A DNA stretch of 64,000 bases from Spirochaetia bacterium. Its GTDB lineage: Bacteria > Spirochaetota > Spirochaetia > CADAEX01. The stretch spans positions 2,560,001-2,624,000 of the forward strand of contig OY759746.1 of the NCBI GenBank assembly GCA_963662795.1, in the 5' to 3' direction. The notes under the pieces are model-generated. The model saw only the letters and a program-made list of their open reading frames with translations, had not been told where the DNA came from and did no database searches. Positions 58,553 to 64,000 of the stretch are shown here, piece by piece; positions within the stretch are counted from its first letter, which is position 1, and every line of letters begins with the position of its first letter. Both the position numbers and the translations under genes were made by a program.

Positions 58553-60220
58553 TCAATACTTGAAACCGCTGTCCCCGATAAATTCGCGCAATATTGAAGT
58601 TCTGGGGACAAAGCGGGCGGGGATGCTTGTAAAGTTTTCAAGAAAACGCTGCAGTCTTTTTGCTTCAGAATAGAGCTCGTTGCAGGGCTTGACTGTTTTT
58701 AGTATAGGCTCTGCAAATGACTTAAGGACAGCAAGTTCATAGTCAAGCGCTGAGTTGAAGACGCTGTCCGCGTTTTCCTGGAATGGAAAGATATTCCTGT
58801 ATTCTCCCTTCCTCACAGAAGGCCATCTTGAAAGTGTATCAAGGGCCGAATAACCCCTGTACTGGTAATCCCTCACCATTCTCCTCAGCAGACGGTTGTC
58901 CGTTGTCGGAATTCTGTTGTGGTCGTCAAGGTTAAGTTGTGTGAGAGCCGAGATATATATTTTATGCTTGAAATCACGGTCTATTTCACTTGTCAGCTTT
59001 TCATTAAGGCCGTGTATTCCCTCAACCACCAGAATGCTCCTGCTGTCCATTTTGATTTTATGCCCCTTGAAGCTGCTTTTCCCTGTTATGAAATCAAAGT
59101 AAGGGATCTCAACCTCTTTGTCCGAAATAAAATCAAGCAGATTTTTATTGAAGAGTTCAATATTTATTGCATCTATCGATTCAAAATCATATTCACCGTT
59201 TCCATCTTTCGGCGTTTTTTCCCTGTCAACATAATAATTATCCAGAGAGAGTATAATGGGGTTATAGCCTACAACGCGCAGCTGGGTTGAGAGCTTTTTG
59301 GAAAATGTTGTTTTACCTGACGAAGAGGGGCCTGCTATAAGTATGAGCCTGACTTTACCCCGTTTAAGCGCTATCTGGTCTGCTATCTGCGCTATTTTTT
59401 TATTGTGAAGAGCATCGGCAACCCTGATTATCTCTTCTGTATTTCCCTCATCGATGTGCTCGTTAAGTTCACCGACAGAGCTGAATTTCTGTATCTTGCC
59501 CCAGGCTTTATATTCCTGGAATATCGAAGAGAGTACCGGAATATCCCTGAATGGTTTTATGTGCTGCAGATCTTCTGTATCAGGATACCTGAGAAGAAAG
59601 CCGCTGGAGTATTTCATGATTTCGAAATATTTCAGTATGCCTGTGCCTGGTGCAATCGGGGTATGGGCAAGGTCCCTGTAATTTTCACATGTATAAAGCG
59701 CTACTTTGCTGTCGTTTCTGTGTTTAAGGAGGAGTGAAGTATCTCTGCAGTTGTTTTTTTCAAAAAGGGACACAGCTTCCTGATATGAAATTACCTGCCT
59801 TGTTATTGGAAGGTCCTTTTTGACATCCTCTCTCATTGATTTTTCTATTGCCCTGATGTCCCTCTCGGGAACTTCTTCAATGTCTACAAAATAAAAATAA
59901 TAACTGTTGCCCAGAGAATTGCTTATGACAAGGCGTTTATCCGGAAAGAGTTTCTTTGCTGTTTTAGTAAGGAGAAAACAGAGGGAATCCCTGTAAATCC
60001 TGTTGCCTGTGGGCGTACTCACCGCAATAGGTTTTACCAGACAGTTTATGCCGATTTTAAAGCTTAAGCTTGTAAGTTCATTATTCGCAAAAGCTCCGAC
60101 AAAGGGGTCACTGATTGAATTAAACTCATCATTTTCAAGGATCTCTTCTACTCTCGTACCGTATGGAACTGTAATTTTGGTGCCTGAAGGAAGAGTTACA
60201 TCTATATCTTTCATAATCAA
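58553..60220 (-). CDS. Nucleoside (uridine) kinase fused to a ThrRS-like TGS/editing N-terminal region
   Basis: AGPSSSGKTT, EGIHGLN, RLLRRMVRD, IFPFQE; N-terminus resembles the ThrRS N-domain. Confidence 0.88.
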   Translation of the reverse strand: MIMKDIDVTLPSGTKITVPYGTRVEEILENDEFNSISDPFVGAFANNELTSLSFKIGINCLVKPIAVSTPTGNRIYRDSLCFLLTKTAKKLFPDKRLVISNSLGNSYYFYFVDIEEVPERDIRAIEKSMREDVKKDLPITRQVISYQEAVSLFEKNNCRDTSLLLKHRNDSKVALYTCENYRDLAHTPIAPGTGILKYFEIMKYSSGFLLRYPDTEDLQHIKPFRDIPVLSSIFQEYKAWGKIQKFSSVGELNEHIDEGNTEEIIRVADALHNKKIAQIADQIALKRGKVRLILIAGPSSSGKTTFSKKLSTQLRVVGYNPIILSLDNYYVDREKTPKDGNGEYDFESIDAINIELFNKNLLDFISDKEVEIPYFDFITGKSSFKGHKIKMDSRSILVVEGIHGLNEKLTSEIDRDFKHKIYISALTQLNLDDHNRIPTTDNRLLRRMVRDYQYRGYSALDTLSRWPSVRKGEYRNIFPFQENADSVFNSALDYELAVLKSFAEPILKTVKPCNELYSEAKRLQRFLENFTSIPARFVPRTSILREFIGDSGFKY

Positions 60221-60295
60221 ATCTCCCGGATAAATTTAGTGAAGGTATTTTAATATTAAAACCGGCAGATTGTACAGGATTAAAAAAACAGCTGT

Positions 60296-60634
60296 TCAGC
60301 GTTTATGCTTGCCGATAAAATTATTATAGATAGTAATAGTTAAAAATGAGGCTGAAACCCAGAGAACAGCAAGTATGGAAACTTTCGTCAGCTCTATCGC
60401 TAGCGCCCAGATTTTGCAGAAAAGCTCATAGTGATTCAGCAGGATGTCTTTGTTTATACTGTTAATAACTGCATTGCGCAGAAAAACTGTAAATTCAGCG
60501 GAAACATAGAATGTAAGAATAAATGCGACTGTAAAAGCAATAAAAAGGAAAATTATAAAAATGTTCTGTTTTGTACTGCCTGTAAAAATAATATGCTTGC
60601 TCATTATGTATATAAAAATACGGATAAAACACAA
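60296..60634 (-). CDS. Small hypothetical membrane protein
   Basis: Two hydrophobic helices; ATG 60604 is a plausible start. Confidence 0.5.
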   Translation of the reverse strand: MCFIRIFIYIMSKHIIFTGSTKQNIFIIFLFIAFTVAFILTFYVSAEFTVFLRNAVINSINKDILLNHYELFCKIWALAIELTKVSILAVLWVSASFLTITIYNNFIGKHKR

Positions 60635-60692
60635 TTGTCAATCATGTTTTATCCGAAATTTGAATTAATTTACTATTGCTCCGGATTGAGCC

Positions 60693-62015
60693 TTAATCCA
60701 TTACTGCTTTCCCGATTGCCATATCCCAGTCGAAGGTAGCGGCAAGATATTCATAAACAGCTGAAATATGACTTATTTTTGCAAGCTCAAGACTTAATGC
60801 CGCATCCTTCAGATCAAGCTGTGTTGCCATCCCGCTGTTGTAGGATGTCTGTGCTATCTCGTATGCCTGCATAGCGGTTTCCATAGTCGCGGCTGCGGAT
60901 TCAATCCTTTCGCCTGTTTCCTTAAGAGTCAGGTAAATGCTGTTTATTTCTGAAAGAATATTTTCCTTGAGCTGTTTGAGCTTGATTTCTGTCTGGTCAA
61001 ATTCTGATTTTGCCTTTTTATCCTGGGCCGAAAGTGCACCTCCGGAATAAATCGGCAGAGATACTTTTATTCCGACCTGTGTGACAGTTGTTTTATCGCC
61101 ATCCAGGGAAAAATCATCTGATCCTGTAGAGACGCCGTATAGAATATTACCGGCAACAGTAGGATAATGATCAGACATTGCCGCCTTTACATTTATCTCT
61201 CTTAAAGACATCTCTCTTACAAGAGATTTGTAGTCAGGTCTTTCCTTTAAAATATCAGGCAGGGGTACAGGCTGGGGCATTTCCGGGTAATCATTAATAT
61301 CGCTCTTGAGTATAACCTCATCTTCAAGAGGTATCCCGGCGAGATTTTTTAAATTGATTTTAGCAAGATCCAGATTTTTTCTTGCCTGGGTTGTCTCAGG
61401 GATTTTCATCTTCCAGTCCACCTCTGTACGGAGCAGTTCGAACTGTGATACCAGTCCGTTCTCAAATTTTTTCCTGACATTAAGGTAATTTTCATGGGAG
61501 TTATTCTCCACTTCCTTTTTCACCTCAAGCAGTTTCTCAAGTAGAAAATTCTGGTAATATACCTTTTTGGCAAGTGTTATTACTGTCTGGTTTTGAATAT
61601 CATATATATACCCGCTCATCAGTTTGAATTCCCTGCTTGCCTTGATTGCGTTAAAGACTTTCATGTTGAATATCTGCTGACTTAGCGACAGCCCGAAACT
61701 GAATTCGTTGTCAGTATTCACATCGATATCCTGATAAATAAGCATTCCGCTTGCTGTGTCAGCCGCGACAGGCCAGGACTGCTCTATATCGCTGAGATTT
61801 CTTGTATATCCGATCTCTGCTCCGATCATGGGATAAGCCTGGGATCTTACTGTTTTTTCTGTCGCGTCTGCTATTTCGATATCTTTGGCCGCCTGAAGCA
61901 GCTGTTTGCTGTTCTTTTCGACGAGCCTGATATAATCATCTATGGTAATTTCAGAGCCGAAACCGTAAATGGCTGCTGAAAATAATAGTAAACAGATTGC
62001 TGCTGTTTTTTTCAC
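60693..62015 (-). CDS. TolC family outer-membrane efflux protein
   Basis: Signal peptide; two OEP-like repeats (AYP, HYP, LPIYSG); GTGA overlap with the RND gene. Confidence 0.9.
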   Translation of the reverse strand: MKKTAAICLLLFSAAIYGFGSEITIDDYIRLVEKNSKQLLQAAKDIEIADATEKTVRSQAYPMIGAEIGYTRNLSDIEQSWPVAADTASGMLIYQDIDVNTDNEFSFGLSLSQQIFNMKVFNAIKASREFKLMSGYIYDIQNQTVITLAKKVYYQNFLLEKLLEVKKEVENNSHENYLNVRKKFENGLVSQFELLRTEVDWKMKIPETTQARKNLDLAKINLKNLAGIPLEDEVILKSDINDYPEMPQPVPLPDILKERPDYKSLVREMSLREINVKAAMSDHYPTVAGNILYGVSTGSDDFSLDGDKTTVTQVGIKVSLPIYSGGALSAQDKKAKSEFDQTEIKLKQLKENILSEINSIYLTLKETGERIESAAATMETAMQAYEIAQTSYNSGMATQLDLKDAALSLELAKISHISAVYEYLAATFDWDMAIGKAVMD

Positions 62016-64000
62016 TGTAAAACCTCCATGGCTTTTGTCATTTTTTTCGAAAGCAGGTTTTCAATGGCCGGTATTACTATGAGCGAGAGAACGGTTGATG
62101 TTACAAGTCCCCCGATGCTTACAATACCCATCGGCTGCCTGATTTCCGCTCCTGATGAACCGAGTCCCATCGCCATGGGAAGCATCCCCAGTATTGTAGC
62201 GAGATTTGCCATAATAATCGGTTTCAGTTTTGTAGGGCACGCTTCCAGCAGCGCTTCGTGCATTGTCAGGCCTTTGCGTGTAAGCTGGTTGGCGTAATCG
62301 AGAATAAGAATAGCGTTATTTACTACAAGTCCTACCAGCATGATTATCGCCATCATTGAAATAAAGTTCATGTTTATCCCGGTAATGAGGAAAGCGTAGA
62401 CAACGCCGATCAGCGATAGCGGTACGGTAAACAGTATAAGAAGCGGCTGAAACAGTTTTTCAAGCATTGCCGCGAGCAGCATATAGGTGAGGACTATTGC
62501 AATTATAAATACAATTCCCATCTCCCTGTTTGTGCTCTCCATTTCCCCGGCATCGCCTGACAGTACCATCCTGTATCCGAACGGAAGGTCAAGCCCTGTA
62601 ACTTCCTTTTTTACGATATCTGTAAGCTGGCTCTGCGCAAACCCGGGGGCAATATCTGCCGTAAACTCTATAGCCTTGACTTTATCCTTGTGGAGGATTT
62701 TGTTGTACCCTGTCGTGAAATTTACATCAGCAAAATGCGATACAGGTTTAATCCCGCCGGGAGTCGCTATCATAATATTTTTTACATCCTCATAGGTTTC
62801 AACTGAATCATCCTTCAGCACTACGCGGATATCGTATTCCTTGCCTTCCTCTTTGTACTGGGTCATAACCATCCCTTCAATCGCGCTTCTTACCGTGAAT
62901 GCGATGTCATATATAGTCAGACCGGCATCAGCTATTTTTTTTCTGTCAGGTACAATAGTAATTTCAGGTTTCCCTGCCCTTGAAGAGGTGTCCAGGTTCA
63001 AAAATCCGGGTATGTTTTTCAGTCTGTTGAAAAGGGTTTCCTTGTATTTTTCAAGCTCGGCGTTATCCTGTCCCACAAGATAAAAATCTATAGGTTTTTC
63101 ATCGGAACCCCCGCCGCCTGAAACAGCTGCAACCTTGATATCCACACCTGGAATATCTGCCAGGCGGGAGGTGATTATTGAAGCGTAATCCTGATTGGAA
63201 AGCTCCCTCATCCCCTTCTCAACAAGCTTGATATTCAGGACAGCCATGTTTGTTCCGGTATTGAGGTCCGATATTTTTCCAAGTTTTGTAATTATGTGTT
63301 TGAGGTCTGGTAAATCTGTAAGTCTTTGTTCTATATTTTCCGCTACAGCTGATGTTTCAGAGAGGTCATAACCCTGCGGCATTTCAACTGAAATACTGAC
63401 TTCTCCTTCGTCCATCATTGGAAAAAATTCAAAATTGATATATTTGAACATGCCCATTGAGAACACAAACAATACGATTGTGCCGATTACAACAAAGAAG
63501 CTTCTGAGCTTTGTTTTCAGAATTGATTCAAGAAGATGTTTATACTTTTTCTCAACTTTGTCAAAAATAGCTTCAAGAAAAAGTCCGACCTTGTTTTTCT
63601 TTAATGCCCGTTCAGGAAGGATAAAAGACGCCATCATGGGGGTGAGTGTAAAGGCGATAAGGAGTGAAAAAATTGTCGCGAATACTACGGCGAGGGCGAA
63701 TTCCCTGAGGAACATTCCAACCATGCTCCCCATTGCCGCGAGAGGAAGGAATACCGCAATATTGGTAAGGGTAGATGCAATTACCGCGACTGTTACCTCG
63801 TCCGTCCCGATTAAGGCTGCATCCCTTCTCCTGTGCCCGAGCTCCTTGTGTCTGAAAATGTTTTCAAGAATTACGACAGAGTTCATAACAAGAACGCCGA
63901 CCGATGTTGAAAGCCCCATCAGTGTCATCATATTAAGTGAAAAACCCATAACCTGAAATGTAAGAAAGGTCGGGATAAGAGAGAACGGCATTGTGAGGGC
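62012..64000 (-). CDS. RND efflux permease (AcrB family), 5' end outside window
   Basis: LNMMTL.GL, ENI.RH, GLVVNNAIL, PI.M..LATILGMLP.A. Confidence 0.93.
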   Translation of the reverse strand, partial: ALTMPFSLIPTFLTFQVMGFSLNMMTLMGLSTSVGVLVMNSVVILENIFRHKELGHRRRDAALIGTDEVTVAVIASTLTNIAVFLPLAAMGSMVGMFLREFALAVVFATIFSLLIAFTLTPMMASFILPERALKKNKVGLFLEAIFDKVEKKYKHLLESILKTKLRSFFVVIGTIVLFVFSMGMFKYINFEFFPMMDEGEVSISVEMPQGYDLSETSAVAENIEQRLTDLPDLKHIITKLGKISDLNTGTNMAVLNIKLVEKGMRELSNQDYASIITSRLADIPGVDIKVAAVSGGGGSDEKPIDFYLVGQDNAELEKYKETLFNRLKNIPGFLNLDTSSRAGKPEITIVPDRKKIADAGLTIYDIAFTVRSAIEGMVMTQYKEEGKEYDIRVVLKDDSVETYEDVKNIMIATPGGIKPVSHFADVNFTTGYNKILHKDKVKAIEFTADIAPGFAQSQLTDIVKKEVTGLDLPFGYRMVLSGDAGEMESTNREMGIVFIIAIVLTYMLLAAMLEKLFQPLLILFTVPLSLIGVVYAFLITGINMNFISMMAIIMLVGLVVNNAILILDYANQLTRKGLTMHEALLEACPTKLKPIIMANLATILGMLPMAMGLGSSGAEIRQPMGIVSIGGLVTSTVLSLIVIPAIENLLSKKMTKAMEVLQ

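Noticed and set aside
1-64000. tRNA, rRNA, IS or prophage elements
   Set aside because: No cloverleaf/T-loop pattern, rRNA-like sequence, transposase, integrase or phage genes recognised by eye; a covariance-model scan was not possible.

Overview
Chromosomal window from an anaerobic bacterium, most likely a spirochaete (Spirochaetota). That assignment is inferred from 'LFAGGxKE'-type signal peptides and Treponema-like envelope proteins. I saw no rRNA, tRNA, CRISPR array or transposase. Main content in order: a partial outer-membrane/transglutaminase-like gene; an oxygen-defence cluster (fprA, TIGR02757-like, rubrerythrin, desulfoferrodoxin, ferritin and a rubredoxin missed by the ORF track); cysE; REC-HD-GYP and REC-HPt regulators; a ferredoxin with an HcpR-like regulator and candidate operator; a K+-dependent membrane pyrophosphatase; paaK-ACT; a DUF4349/lipoprotein trio; PIN-PhoH; apbE; proXVW; late futalosine-type ubiD/ubiA/ubiX with an ABC importer; a three-gene envelope/HD-GYP operon with frameshifts and two in-frame TAGs; a phosphoesterase/HAD/ABC module; ppiC; a decayed hybrid kinase; mprF; Rrf2-nifS-nifU; clpS-clpA-aat-M16 peptidase; a ThrRS-like/uridine kinase fusion; TolC/RND. 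The most intriguing element is the 32.1-36.1 kb operon. It encodes a predicted OM barrel and an inner-membrane degenerate HD-GYP protein, both with long ER/K helical spacers, plus a LamG-like lipoprotein. All calls come from reading motifs by eye; no database searches were run.
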